This document shows, one piece after another, positions 53,112 through 62,057 of a stretch of DNA of 64,000 nt (position 1 is its first letter; every line of letters starts with the position of its first letter). This stretch comes from an uncultured Acidobacteriaceae bacterium (GTDB lineage: Bacteria; Acidobacteriota; Terriglobia; Terriglobales; Acidobacteriaceae). Location of the stretch: positions 54,993 to 118,992 of the forward strand of contig CAWBHM010000022.1 in NCBI GenBank assembly GCA_963788555.1, in the 5' to 3' direction. The position numbers were made by a program, and so were the translations under genes. The notes below the pieces were generated by a model. That model made no database searches, was not told the DNA's origin, and saw only the letters and a list, made by a program, of their open reading frames with translations.

Positions 53112-53780
53112 GGTACGAATTTGCCCCATTATCTCACGCCATTTGCCAACAGCGACAAGCGCGACTCCAGTAACGGAGTCATCGCAATTCTCGGCTATGC
53201 CCTTTCGTTCAGGGCTTTGGGCCAGATCGTCCAGCGCGAGATTGAGTTCCAGCACGTTCACCCGCGCTTCGCCGAGCAGCCCGAGATCCCTTTGATAGGT
53301 GTGCTTCTGGACCAGGTCGCGCAGAGCAGATTCGGGAACGCCGCGCTCACGAGCCACGCGCGGGATCTGAAACTCTGCAGCCGCTGGCGTAATTTCTGGA
53401 TCCAGACCCGATGCTGAGGTCGTAATGAGGTCGACCGGAACAAGCTGCGAAGGATTCTCCTCGTGCAGGCTCTTCGCATCCGCTTGAATGCGGTCGATCA
53501 GCTTCTGGTTCGTAGGTGCGTAATTGGTGCCACCAGAGTTCGCGGCGTCGTATCCATTGCCGGCATTCGAGGGGCGGGGATGGAAATACTTTGAAGAAGT
53601 GAACGGCTGAGCAATGATGCGCGAGCCGATCGCTTCCCCATTGCGGTAACGAATCTGCCCATTGGCCTTGTCCTTGAACAGAACCTGAGCCAGCGCGGTA
53701 ATCACGAGCGGATACAGCACTCCCAGCAGAACCGTGGTGGCGATCGTCATTAAAAATGCGGTAACGAGATGTTTCTTCAT
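53073..53780 (-). CDS. kdpC: potassium-transporting ATPase subunit C, with about 45 extra C-terminal codons running into the tRNA remnant
   Basis: MKKHLVTAFLMTIATTVLLGVLYPLV...FHPRPS...SGGTNYAPTNQKLIDRI...VDLITTSASGLDPEITPAAA..QIPRVA...RVNVLELNLALD. The ORF then continues and stops at the TAA of the repeated anticodon loop. Confidence 0.9.
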   Translation of the reverse strand: MKKHLVTAFLMTIATTVLLGVLYPLVITALAQVLFKDKANGQIRYRNGEAIGSRIIAQPFTSSKYFHPRPSNAGNGYDAANSGGTNYAPTNQKLIDRIQADAKSLHEENPSQLVPVDLITTSASGLDPEITPAAAEFQIPRVARERGVPESALRDLVQKHTYQRDLGLLGEARVNVLELNLALDDLAQSPERKGIAENCDDSVTGVALVAVGKWREIMGQIRTGPVAQMDRAAVS

Positions 53781-53788
53781 TGGAATCC

Positions 53789-55817
53789 TCAGGCCAGATG
53801 CGCCGCTGTGATCAGCATGTCGATGATCTTGATGCCAATAAACGGCGCGACCAGTCCGCCTACCCCATATATAAGGAGATTCCGGCGCAGCAAGGCCTCG
53901 GCGTTCATGGCGCGATACTTGACTCCGCGGAGGGCCAGGGGAATCAGCGCAATGATGATCAGGGCATTGAAGATGACCGCCGACAGCACTGCCGATTCCG
54001 GCGTTTTGAGATGCATGATGTTCAGCGCGTTGAGCACAGGGAACGTGACCGCAAACATCGCGGGGATGATGGCGAAATACTTGGCGACATCGTTGGCGAT
54101 CGAAAACGTGGTGAGCGCGCCCCGCGTCATCAGCAACTGCTTGCCGATTTCGACGACCTCAATCAGCTTCGTTGGATTGGAATCAAGGTCGACCATGTTT
54201 CCGGCTTCCTTGGCGGCTTGCGTCCCGGTATTCATGGCCACACCGACATCGGCCTGAGCTAGGGCGGGAGCGTCGTTCGTGCCGTCGCCCGTCATGGCGA
54301 CAAGTTTGCCTCCGGCTTGCTCGCTGCGGATCAGTTTCAGTTTGTCCTCCGGTGTGGCTTGCGCGAGGAAGTCGTCGACGCCCGCTTCGCGCGCGATCGC
54401 AGCCGCGGTGAGTGGATTGTCGCCCGTAATCATCACGGTACGAATGCCCATGGCGCGCAGCTGCGCGAACCGGTCGCGAATTCCGCCCTTGACCACGTCT
54501 TTCAGGTGAATGACGCCCATGGCCCGGCGGTTCTCCGAGACAACTAACGGCGTGCCCCCAGAAGACGCAATGCGTTCGACAGCGGCTCGCACCTCCTGGG
54601 GCATAGCCGAATTGTTCTGTTCTAGATAGTGTGCGATGGAATCGGCGGCGCCTTTGCGGATCTGACGGCCATCGAGATTCACCCCAGACATTCGCGTCTG
54701 CGCCGTGAATGGAATGAATTGCGCTTCGTGAGCCGCGAACTCACGTCCTCGCAATTGGTATTTCTCTTTGGCGAGTACGACGATGGAACGACCTTCGGGA
54801 GTCTCGTCCGCTAACGAGGACAACTGAGCCGCGTCCGCCATATCGGCCTCGCTGCACGCCAGGCGCAGGCAGAAACTCCGTCGCCTGCCGGTTGCCGAAA
54901 GTGATTGTGCCAGTTTTGTCGAGAAGCAACGTATTCACGTCTCCCGCAGCCTCAACCGCGCGGCCCGACATGGCGAGCACATTGTGCTGCACCAGGCGAT
55001 CCATCCCGGCAATGCCAATCGCCGACAGCAGGCCGCCGATCGTCGTGGGAATCAGGCACACCAGCAAAGAGACGAGCACGAATACGGTCTGGGGCGATCC
55101 CGAATAAATCGCAAACGGTTGCAGCGTGACCACCGCCAACAAGAAAATGATCGTCAACCCGGCGAGCAGGATGTTCAGGGCAATCTCGTTTGGCGTCTTC
55201 TGACGCGCTGCGCCTTCGACCAGCGCAATCATGCGGTCAAGAAAAGTTTCGCCGGGATTGGAAGTGATCTTGACCTTGATGTAATCACTGAGAACTCTCG
55301 TGCCGCCAGTGACTGCCGAGCGATCGCCACCGGCCTCGCGAATCACCGGGGCAGACTCACCGGTGATCGCCGACTCGTCCACCGACGCAACGCCCTCAAC
55401 AATCTCTCCATCCCCGGGAATCAACTCCCCTGCCATGACAGAAACGAAATCTCCGGCGCGCAGCTTCGCGCTTGGGATTTCTTCAATCTTTCCGTCGGCC
55501 ACAATACGCTTGGCGATCGTTTCCGAACGAGCCCGCCGCAAGGTTTCCGCCTGGGCCTTGCCGCGACCCTCCGCCATCGCTTCGGCAAAGTTAGCGAACA
55601 GTACCGTGAACCAGAGCCACAGGGTAATCTGCAGGTTGAAGCGAAACGACTCATGCGGGCGGAGAATCAGAAGCGCCGTCGTGATCACGCTGCCGATTTC
55701 CACCACGAACATGACCGGATTCCCCATCATGTTGCGTGGATTCAGCTTGAGCAGCGAACTCCAGCCCGCGCTCCGAACAAGATTCAGGTCCCAAACCGAC
55801 TTGTGATGGCTTGCCAT
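53789..55817 (-). pseudogene. kdpB: potassium-transporting P-type ATPase subunit B, one frame change near 54842-54862
   Basis: The N-terminal 366-aa ORF 54741..55841 ends in [24 protein letters not shown] (the DKTGT phosphorylation motif). The C-terminal 350-aa ORF 53789..54841 starts [20 protein letters not shown] and carries [14 protein letters not shown] and [18 protein letters not shown]. Confidence 0.9.
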
Positions 55818-55824
55818 AGGTTTT

Positions 55825-57627
55825 CTAGAAAGTCTTTCCAACGTGCATCAGCAGGTGTTCAAGGATTGGCCCCAGGCTCAGAGCCGGAAAGAAGGTCAGC
55901 GCGCCCAGGATCAAAATGACGCTGATCAGCAGAAACGTAAACAGCGGCGTCGTGACAGGAAATGTGCCGACCGACGGCGGGACATATTTCTTCTGCACCA
56001 GGTTGCCGGCAATAGCCAGCATCGGAATAATCATGAAAAAGCGCCCGATCAGCGTGGTGATGCCCGTGGCCGTGTCATACCAGAGCGTGTTGACCGTGAG
56101 TCCACCGAAGGCCGAACCATTGTTCCCTGCGGAGGACGTAAAGGCATACAGGATCTGGCTCAGGCCGTGCGGGCCGGGATTCGAAATACCTCCGGTCCCA
56201 AAACCCTTAACCGTGGAGATTCCAGTCAACGTAAGAATAATCAGCGGGAAAACCAGCGAGACCAGCATCGCCATCTTGACGTCGTAGGCCTCGATCTTCT
56301 TGCCCAAATACTCTGGTGTGCGTCCCACCATCAGGCCTGCGATGAATACTGCCAGGACGATATAGATGAGAATGCCGTACATTCCCGAGCCCACTCCGCC
56401 AAAGATCACTTCGCTCAGCATGATGTTCACGAGCGGCACCATGCCGCCGAGCGGGGTATACGAATCATGCCATCCGTTGATGGCGCCGCAACTGGCGTCG
56501 GTAGTCACCGTGGCGAACAGCGCGGAGTTGGCGATACCGAAGCGAACTTCCTTGCCCTCCATGTTGCCGCCCGGCTGCAGAGCGGTCGCATGCTGCGCGA
56601 TGGTCGCGGGATAGAGGGGATTGCCTTGCGCTTCCGCCCAATAGGCAACGGTTACACCGGCGAGAAACAAGAGAGCCATCGCGGACCAGACCGCCCATCC
56701 GTGAGCGGGAGACCCTGTCATCCGGCCAAGCGTATACGTGAGCCCGGCTCCGATGGCAAAAATGCAAAACATCTCAAACAGGTTCGTCAGGGGCGTTGGA
56801 TTTTCAAACGGATGTGCACTGTTCGCATTGAAGAATCCGCCTCCGTTCGTCCCCCATTCCTTGATGATCTCCTGCGAGGCTACCGGCCCCTGCGCGATGG
56901 TTTGCGTCGTCACCGTGTCCATCACGGGCTTGCCGCTGGCATCCACCACGCCCTTGCCATCAGCGCCAACCCTCTGCACCTGCTGCGGCTCGACCAGTTT
57001 CACGGTGTCGTAAGGTTTCAGGTTCTGTACGACTCCCTGCGACACGAGGAACAACGAACCAACAATGCAGAAGGGCAGCAGCACCCACAAGCAGCAGCGG
57101 ACAAAGTCGACCCAGAAATTGCCTAGCGTATTCATTTGCCGGCGTGCAATACCGCGAATGAAGGCGATCGCCAGCACGATACCGGTCGCCGCGGAGGCGA
57201 AGTTGTGAAACGCGAGGCCAGCCATTTGCGTGAAGTAGCTCATGGTCGTCTCGCCGGAATACGCTTGCCAGTTGGTGTTGGTGGTGAACGAAGCCGCAGT
57301 ATTGAATGCCAGGTGCTGGGGCGTCACTGCCCCAAGATGCTGAGGATTGAACGGCAGCACCCCCTGGATCCGCTGGATCAGATAGAGCACGAGCATCGAT
57401 ACCGCGCTGAACACCAGCATGGTCGTCGCATACTCCGTCCAGCGCATTTCGTGCGATTCGTCCACACCGGTGACGCGATAGAGCAACCGCTCGATCGGTC
57501 GCAGGACAGGATCGAGGAAGGTTCGCTCGCGTGCGAATACCCGCGTCATGAAAACGCCGAGGGGTTTTGTGACGGCAAAGATCAGTCCCAGAAACACCAG
57601 GATCTGCAGCCAACCATTGAGGGTCAT
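55825..57627 (-). CDS. kdpA: potassium-transporting ATPase subunit A
   Basis: Intact 600-aa polytopic [34 protein letters not shown]..., with [12 protein letters not shown] and [20 protein letters not shown] selectivity-filter-like motifs. Confidence 0.95.
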   Translation of the reverse strand: MTLNGWLQILVFLGLIFAVTKPLGVFMTRVFARERTFLDPVLRPIERLLYRVTGVDESHEMRWTEYATTMLVFSAVSMLVLYLIQRIQGVLPFNPQHLGAVTPQHLAFNTAASFTTNTNWQAYSGETTMSYFTQMAGLAFHNFASAATGIVLAIAFIRGIARRQMNTLGNFWVDFVRCCLWVLLPFCIVGSLFLVSQGVVQNLKPYDTVKLVEPQQVQRVGADGKGVVDASGKPVMDTVTTQTIAQGPVASQEIIKEWGTNGGGFFNANSAHPFENPTPLTNLFEMFCIFAIGAGLTYTLGRMTGSPAHGWAVWSAMALLFLAGVTVAYWAEAQGNPLYPATIAQHATALQPGGNMEGKEVRFGIANSALFATVTTDASCGAINGWHDSYTPLGGMVPLVNIMLSEVIFGGVGSGMYGILIYIVLAVFIAGLMVGRTPEYLGKKIEAYDVKMAMLVSLVFPLIILTLTGISTVKGFGTGGISNPGPHGLSQILYAFTSSAGNNGSAFGGLTVNTLWYDTATGITTLIGRFFMIIPMLAIAGNLVQKKYVPPSVGTFPVTTPLFTFLLISVILILGALTFFPALSLGPILEHLLMHVGKTF

Positions 57628-57628
57628 T

Positions 57629-57718
57629 TCAGAATTTCTCCGGACGCAACAGCGCGTAGAACAGGTATATGGTTACCAGCGCGCTGATGATGAGCATGAT
57701 GAGTGACTGCAGGTCCAT
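57629..57718 (-). CDS. kdpF: potassium-transporting ATPase subunit F (29 aa)
   Basis: MDLQSLIMLIISALVTIYLFYALLRPEKF. Its stop is 1 nt before the kdpA ATG. It is below the ORF-track cutoff and was translated by hand. Confidence 0.85.
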   Translation of the reverse strand: MDLQSLIMLIISALVTIYLFYALLRPEKF

Positions 57719-57728
57719 AACATCCTTC

Positions 57729-57815
57729 CTATTTCATGCGATCGCAGAAGCGCACGTACGCAATCGACGCGGCAAAAAATGCGATCGTGACAGCGATCCA
57801 CAAAACGTCCTGCAT
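57729..57815 (-). CDS. 28-aa hydrophobic peptide immediately upstream of kdpF
   Basis: The ATG is preceded by GAGGAG. The peptide is MQDVLWIAVTIAFFAASIAYVRFCDRMK. Its stop is 10 nt before the kdpF ATG. Function is unknown. Confidence 0.45.
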   Translation of the reverse strand: MQDVLWIAVTIAFFAASIAYVRFCDRMK

Positions 57816-57825
57816 CGTTATCTCC

Positions 57826-58071
57826 TCAACCGGTTCGTGATCTCGGGTCGCCGAAATCCGGAGGCCATTCGTCTCCCGTTGATACGTTTCTTCTCTGCGG
57901 TTCGAGCCTCATTTCAATGAGCTCTCCTCGCCGCCGTGTCGGGCTGAATTTCGCGAAGTGCACTCTTACGAGGCCAGGAGGCAACCGCCTCCCCTCCTTC
58001 ACAAAAGCTGCCAGAACGTGCAGCAGGAACGACACGCCGCCGAGACACAATATTGCGAGTGCAATCCTCAT
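57826..58071 (-). CDS. hypothetical 81-aa protein with one N-terminal TM helix; possible first gene of the kdp operon
   Basis: MRIALAILCLGGVSFLLHVLAAFV followed by an R/P-rich tail. The RBS is weak and coding status is uncertain. Confidence 0.3.
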   Translation of the reverse strand: MRIALAILCLGGVSFLLHVLAAFVKEGRRLPPGLVRVHFAKFSPTRRRGELIEMRLEPQRRNVSTGDEWPPDFGDPRSRTG

Positions 58072-58146
58072 AACGCCACCCGCGCACTTGTCGCTGAAAA
58101 GACTTCAAACATGATTGTTTACCTCAGCGCGTAAGAGCGGTCTCAG

Positions 58147-58169
58147 GAATCCATAAAGAATTCATAAAG
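58147..58169 (-). promoter_or_regulatory. candidate KdpE operator: direct repeat TTTATGaattcTTTATGgattc (11-bp spacing)
   Basis: The minus strand reads CTTTATGAATTCTTTATGGATTC, about 75 nt upstream of the first ORF of the kdp operon. OmpR-family regulators bind direct repeats one helical turn apart. Confidence 0.45.
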
Positions 58170-58200
58170 ACGCATGCCTCTTCTAACAGTTCAAGGAGGC

Positions 58201-58479
58201 TCAGCAGCCCCACTCCGCCTCACCCGGCTCGGCATAGTATTTGCGGCTCGGGCGGGATGGCAATGGAGTCGTAGACAGTTCGAGAAGCGCCAAACGGGCC
58301 GCTGCCACCATCACTCTCCGCTCGTTCTGCGGAGTACGGTCCCAGGCAGAGGATTCTTCTTCCCTTCCGTCATCGGTGCCATCGTGAGCCAAAGCGTCCC
58401 GATCGTGAGCCAAAGCTTCCCGATAGTGATGGAAGAGCTTAGCCAGTTGTTCGGCCGAAACATCCTGAATTGTCGACAT
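58201..58479 (-). CDS. hypothetical acidic protein (92 aa) between kdpE and the kdp operon
   Basis: Internal ATG preceded by GGGAGG (MSTIQDVSAEQLAKLFHHYREALAHDRDALAHD...). It contains an in-frame 21-bp tandem duplication. Confidence 0.4.
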   Translation of the reverse strand: MSTIQDVSAEQLAKLFHHYREALAHDRDALAHDGTDDGREEESSAWDRTPQNERRVMVAAARLALLELSTTPLPSRPSRKYYAEPGEAEWGC

Positions 58480-58690
58480 CGTGTGTCCGCCTCCCTTGTT
58501 GGTTTCCGTCCTCAACAGATTTGACGGCGAAAGGCGTAAAGATCGAATAAAAGCTTCGTAGAATGTTCGTAAGAGTGGCTGGATTGCAAAAGCAGCGCCG
58601 CCGTCTCGGCAACTGTAGGGGGCGTCTTGCCCGTGCGTGGTGAAGGAAAAGGCCCTAGCAACTATCGGCGCTACTCAACAGAAGATCGCG

Positions 58691-59386
58691 CTACTCGCCG
58701 GGCTCGAACCGATATCCGACCCAAGGTTCCGTGACGATGTAGCGCGGCGAGGATGCGTCCGGCTCCAGTTTCTTTCGCAACTGGCCGACAAATACGCGGA
58801 GATATTCCACCTGCTCCGTACTCTGTCCACCCCAGATCGCGCCCAACAAAGTGCGGTGGTTGATCACTTTCCCCGGACGGCGCGCCATAAAGACGAGCAG
58901 GTCAAACTCCTTCGGCGTAAGACGCACCTCGTTGCGGCGCACCGTCACTTTGTGGGCAGCCGTATCGATGCGGAAGTCTCCAATTTCGATCACAGCGTCG
59001 GCCGGCTCGTTTTCCGCCGGAACCCGGCGCAGATTCGCTCGTACTCTCGCCAGCAGTTCGTTCATGCCGAACGGCTTCGTAACATAGTCGTCCGCGCCGG
59101 CGTCGAGCGCTTCGACTTTCTGGTGCTCCTTGTCGCGAACCGAGAGCACGACGATCGGAATCTGCGAAGTGGCGCGAACCGTGCGGCACAACTGGATGCC
59201 ATCGATCGACGGCATCGACAGATCGGTGATGATCAGATGCGGCGACCAGTCTTTCATGATCTCCAGCGCCATTTCCCCGCTATTGGCGATGCGAATGTCG
59301 TATCCCTGCGCGGAGAGACTGGTCCGCAGCACGCGCGTGATCTGCGATTCGTCATCCACCACAAGAATATGCGGCCGGTCCACCAT
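58691..59386 (-). CDS. kdpE: OmpR-family response regulator KdpE
   Basis: MVDRPHILVVDDESQITRVLRTSLSAQGYDI...LIITDLSMPSIDG (receiver domain), plus the winged-helix C-terminus LTPKEFDLLVFMARRPGKVINHRTLL...YLRVFVGQLRKKLE..YIVTEPWVGYRF. The ATG overlaps the stop of the upstream gene. Confidence 0.9.
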   Translation of the reverse strand: MVDRPHILVVDDESQITRVLRTSLSAQGYDIRIANSGEMALEIMKDWSPHLIITDLSMPSIDGIQLCRTVRATSQIPIVVLSVRDKEHQKVEALDAGADDYVTKPFGMNELLARVRANLRRVPAENEPADAVIEIGDFRIDTAAHKVTVRRNEVRLTPKEFDLLVFMARRPGKVINHRTLLGAIWGGQSTEQVEYLRVFVGQLRKKLEPDASSPRYIVTEPWVGYRFEPGE

Positions 59387-60507
59387 CAGCGAGCCTCCTG
59401 CGTAACAATGTGAACATCGACCGAAGGCGAATCGCGCAGAAATCGCTGGATGGCCGACAGGTACAAATATCGCTGCCAACCGGTGCGTGCCGACCGGCCA
59501 AAAATGACCTGAGTGATGTGATGCTCCTTCACCAGCTGGGCAAGACCATCGGCGATACTCCCGCCGGTTCCGCGTACCACGCGAGCACCCAGGTTTTCGG
59601 CGAAACGAATATTTTCCGTGAGACTCTTTTGATCATCGGGACGCGTGTCGCGGCCCACATCGATGTAGAACACGTAAAACTCTCCGCCCATGGCCTGCGC
59701 CATGCGTGAGCCCCGGGCAATCAGGTACTGGGCCGCCGGATTGGAGCTGACACAGACGCCAATTCGCTCGCGCACCGTATGCGCCGGCTGCGATCCATCC
59801 TTTGCCAGAAACGCATCGAGACTGCGGTCGACCACTCCAGTAACCTGCCGCAACGCCAGTTCGCGCAGCGCGATCAAATTTCCGGGCCGGAAGAAGTGCG
59901 AAAGCGCCCTCTGGGCACGGTCGACGGGATAAATATCGCCGCGCTCCATGCGCTTTTGCAAAGCCTGCGGCGTTAGATCGGCGAGGACGATTTCGTCTAC
60001 ACGCTGCATAACCCAGTCCGGCACCGTTTCTCGAACCTGCACGCCAGTGATCTGCTGGACCGTGGGGCCCACGCTCTCCACATGTTGCACGTTCATGGTG
60101 GACAGCACATCAATCTTCGCCTCCAGCAGCTCCATCACATCCTCGTAGCGCTTGGCGTGCTTACTGCCCTCGATGTTGGTATGAGCCAGTTCGTCGACCA
60201 CGACCACCGCCGGTTTGCGGGCCAGGATCGCGTCGACATCCATCTCTTCGAACAAAGTCCCCTTATACTCGAGTTTGCGCGGCGGAATGCGGTCGAGCTT
60301 GCTGGCCAGCTCTGCGGTGGCTTTACGGCCGTGACTCTCCACCACGCCGACCACCACATCTTCTCCGCGACTGGCGCGGCGGATCGCTTCGCTCAGCATG
60401 CTGTAGGTCTTTCCCACGCCGGGAGCGTAGCCGAGAAACAGCTTGAAGATTCCCCGCGGCTTTTCCGGTGAAACTTCGTTGAGCCACTCCTCGGGTGTCT
60501 TAGTCAT
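59386..60507 (-). CDS. kdpD: KdpD N-terminal sensor module only (KdpD domain plus USP domain), stand-alone gene
   Basis: MTKTPEEWLNEVSPEKPRGIFKLFLGYAPGVGKTYSMLSEA...VVVDELAHTN... then the USP-like ERIGVCVSSNPAAQYLIARGSRMA...ITQVIFGRS. The protein ends after the USP domain, with no TM or kinase part. The ORF track extends to 60549. Confidence 0.85.
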   Translation of the reverse strand: MTKTPEEWLNEVSPEKPRGIFKLFLGYAPGVGKTYSMLSEAIRRASRGEDVVVGVVESHGRKATAELASKLDRIPPRKLEYKGTLFEEMDVDAILARKPAVVVVDELAHTNIEGSKHAKRYEDVMELLEAKIDVLSTMNVQHVESVGPTVQQITGVQVRETVPDWVMQRVDEIVLADLTPQALQKRMERGDIYPVDRAQRALSHFFRPGNLIALRELALRQVTGVVDRSLDAFLAKDGSQPAHTVRERIGVCVSSNPAAQYLIARGSRMAQAMGGEFYVFYIDVGRDTRPDDQKSLTENIRFAENLGARVVRGTGGSIADGLAQLVKEHHITQVIFGRSARTGWQRYLYLSAIQRFLRDSPSVDVHIVTQEAR

Positions 60508-60563
60508 CGCAGCTATTGTCTTTCGCAGCGTCGAAATTGTCACCTCCATCGTACAATGCGGGT

Positions 60564-62006
60564 GTGAAAGCCGCCCCTCGCACGCAAGCGGTACGCTATT
60601 TGCTCGTTGTCGCCGCGATCGGCGTGATCACGGCTGTCGATTTCAAGCTGCGCGTCAACCACACGACCGTCGCCCTGATGTTTCTGGTGACGGTGTTGTT
60701 AGTCTCGGCCTATTGGGGATTGCGCTATGCGGTCGTGATGGCTGTGGGCGCCACTGCCGCCTTCAATTTTTTCTTCCTGCCTCCCGTCGGAACATTCACC
60801 ATCGCCGATCCCCAGAACTGGGTGGCCTTGTTCGCGTTCCTGGTGACCGCCCTCGTGGCGAGCAACCTGGCGGAGCGCGCACGCCGTGAGGCCGAGGGCG
60901 CAAAACAACGCCGACGCGAGGTCGAAAGACTCTTTGGCCTGAGCCAGCGATTACTGGCTTCAGAAAATGTTTTGGAGCTGCTGAACGCCCTGCCCAAGTA
61001 CGTGCAAGAAACTTTCTCGGTCGGTAGCGTAGTTGTTATGGCGGCCGATCACCCGACGGTCTATCGCTCATCGCTGGATGCGCCCTTTGAAGAGAGCGTG
61101 CTGCGCTCCACTCTCCTGCGCGGTGAGCCCGTCACGCAGGGAGGAGTTTCCTACGTTCCTCTACGCCTCGGAATGCGTACCGTGGGGGCGTTGGGTGTCA
61201 CGGGCTACGAGCTTTCGCGAGAAACGCTCGACGCTCTGGGAAGCCTCGCCGGACTGGCCATTGAGCGCGCCCGCGCCCTCGAGGCACTCAGCAAGAACCG
61301 GGCGGAGCAGGAACACGAGCGCCTGCGAACCGCCTTACTCGATTCCGTAACTCACGAATTCCGCACTCCCCTGACATCCATCAAAGCAAGCGTTACGACC
61401 CTATTGTCAGGCGCCACACTCGACGATCAAGGAAGACGCGATTTGCTTACCGTCATTGATGAAGAGACCGATCGCCTCAATCGTCTTGTCGGTGAAGCCG
61501 CGGAAATGGCGCAGCTCGACTCTGGCATGTTCAAACTCGATCTGCAACCGCATTCGATTCAAGAAGCGCTGGAGCCAGCAATCGACGACGCAAGAGCATC
61601 GATTGAGAATCATCCAATGGAAGTGATCCTTCCGCCCGACTTGCCCGAGGTACCCATGGATGTGCAGCGCATTCGGGAAGTGTTGATGCATCTGATGGAA
61701 AATGCGGGAAAATACTCTCCGGCTGGCGTTCCGATTAAAGTAACGAGCGAAGTGAAAGGCAACCAACTCGTGACCAGTGTCGCAGACCGCGGCCCCGGCA
61801 TCGATTCCTTCGAGCAATCACTAATCTTCGAGAAGTTCTATCGCGGCCAGCACCAGCGTTACACCGCACCCGGCACGGGTATGGGCCTCTCGATTGCCAA
61901 GGTGATTGTGGAAGCTCACGGCGGCACCATCGGCGTGGTCAGCCAACTCGGTAGCGGTTCGGTATTCTCCTTCAGCCTGCCGCTGGAAAAGAGTTCCCGC
62001 CTGTAG
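60564..62006 (+). CDS. kdpD: KdpD C-terminal module only (DUF4118-type 4-TM domain, GAF-like, HisKA, HATPase_c) on the opposite strand
   Basis: RYLLVVAAIGVITAV...ALMFLVTVLLVSAYWGL...AAFNFFFLPPVGTFTIADPQNWVALFAFLVTALVAS. This is followed by the H-box LLDSVTHEFRTPLTSI, the N-box LMENAGKYSP, and DRGPGI / GTGMGLSIAK. The start is ambiguous (TTG 60516 or GTG 60564). Confidence 0.85.
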   Translation: MKAAPRTQAVRYLLVVAAIGVITAVDFKLRVNHTTVALMFLVTVLLVSAYWGLRYAVVMAVGATAAFNFFFLPPVGTFTIADPQNWVALFAFLVTALVASNLAERARREAEGAKQRRREVERLFGLSQRLLASENVLELLNALPKYVQETFSVGSVVVMAADHPTVYRSSLDAPFEESVLRSTLLRGEPVTQGGVSYVPLRLGMRTVGALGVTGYELSRETLDALGSLAGLAIERARALEALSKNRAEQEHERLRTALLDSVTHEFRTPLTSIKASVTTLLSGATLDDQGRRDLLTVIDEETDRLNRLVGEAAEMAQLDSGMFKLDLQPHSIQEALEPAIDDARASIENHPMEVILPPDLPEVPMDVQRIREVLMHLMENAGKYSPAGVPIKVTSEVKGNQLVTSVADRGPGIDSFEQSLIFEKFYRGQHQRYTAPGTGMGLSIAKVIVEAHGGTIGVVSQLGSGSVFSFSLPLEKSSRL

Positions 62007-62057
62007 CGCCACGTTCCCGGCGGCGTCTGGCCGCGACTGGCTCGGCCCGCGCGAGGA

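Noticed and set aside
54984-57126. Long plus-strand ORFs 54984..55919 (311 aa) and 55843..57126 (427 aa).
   Set aside because: They are antisense to kdpB and kdpA, which have unmistakable family signatures. The translations are R/H/Q/G-rich with no domain features.
58637-59413. A 258-aa plus-strand ORF overlapping kdpE.
   Set aside because: It is antisense to a clear OmpR-family response regulator, and no motifs were recognised.
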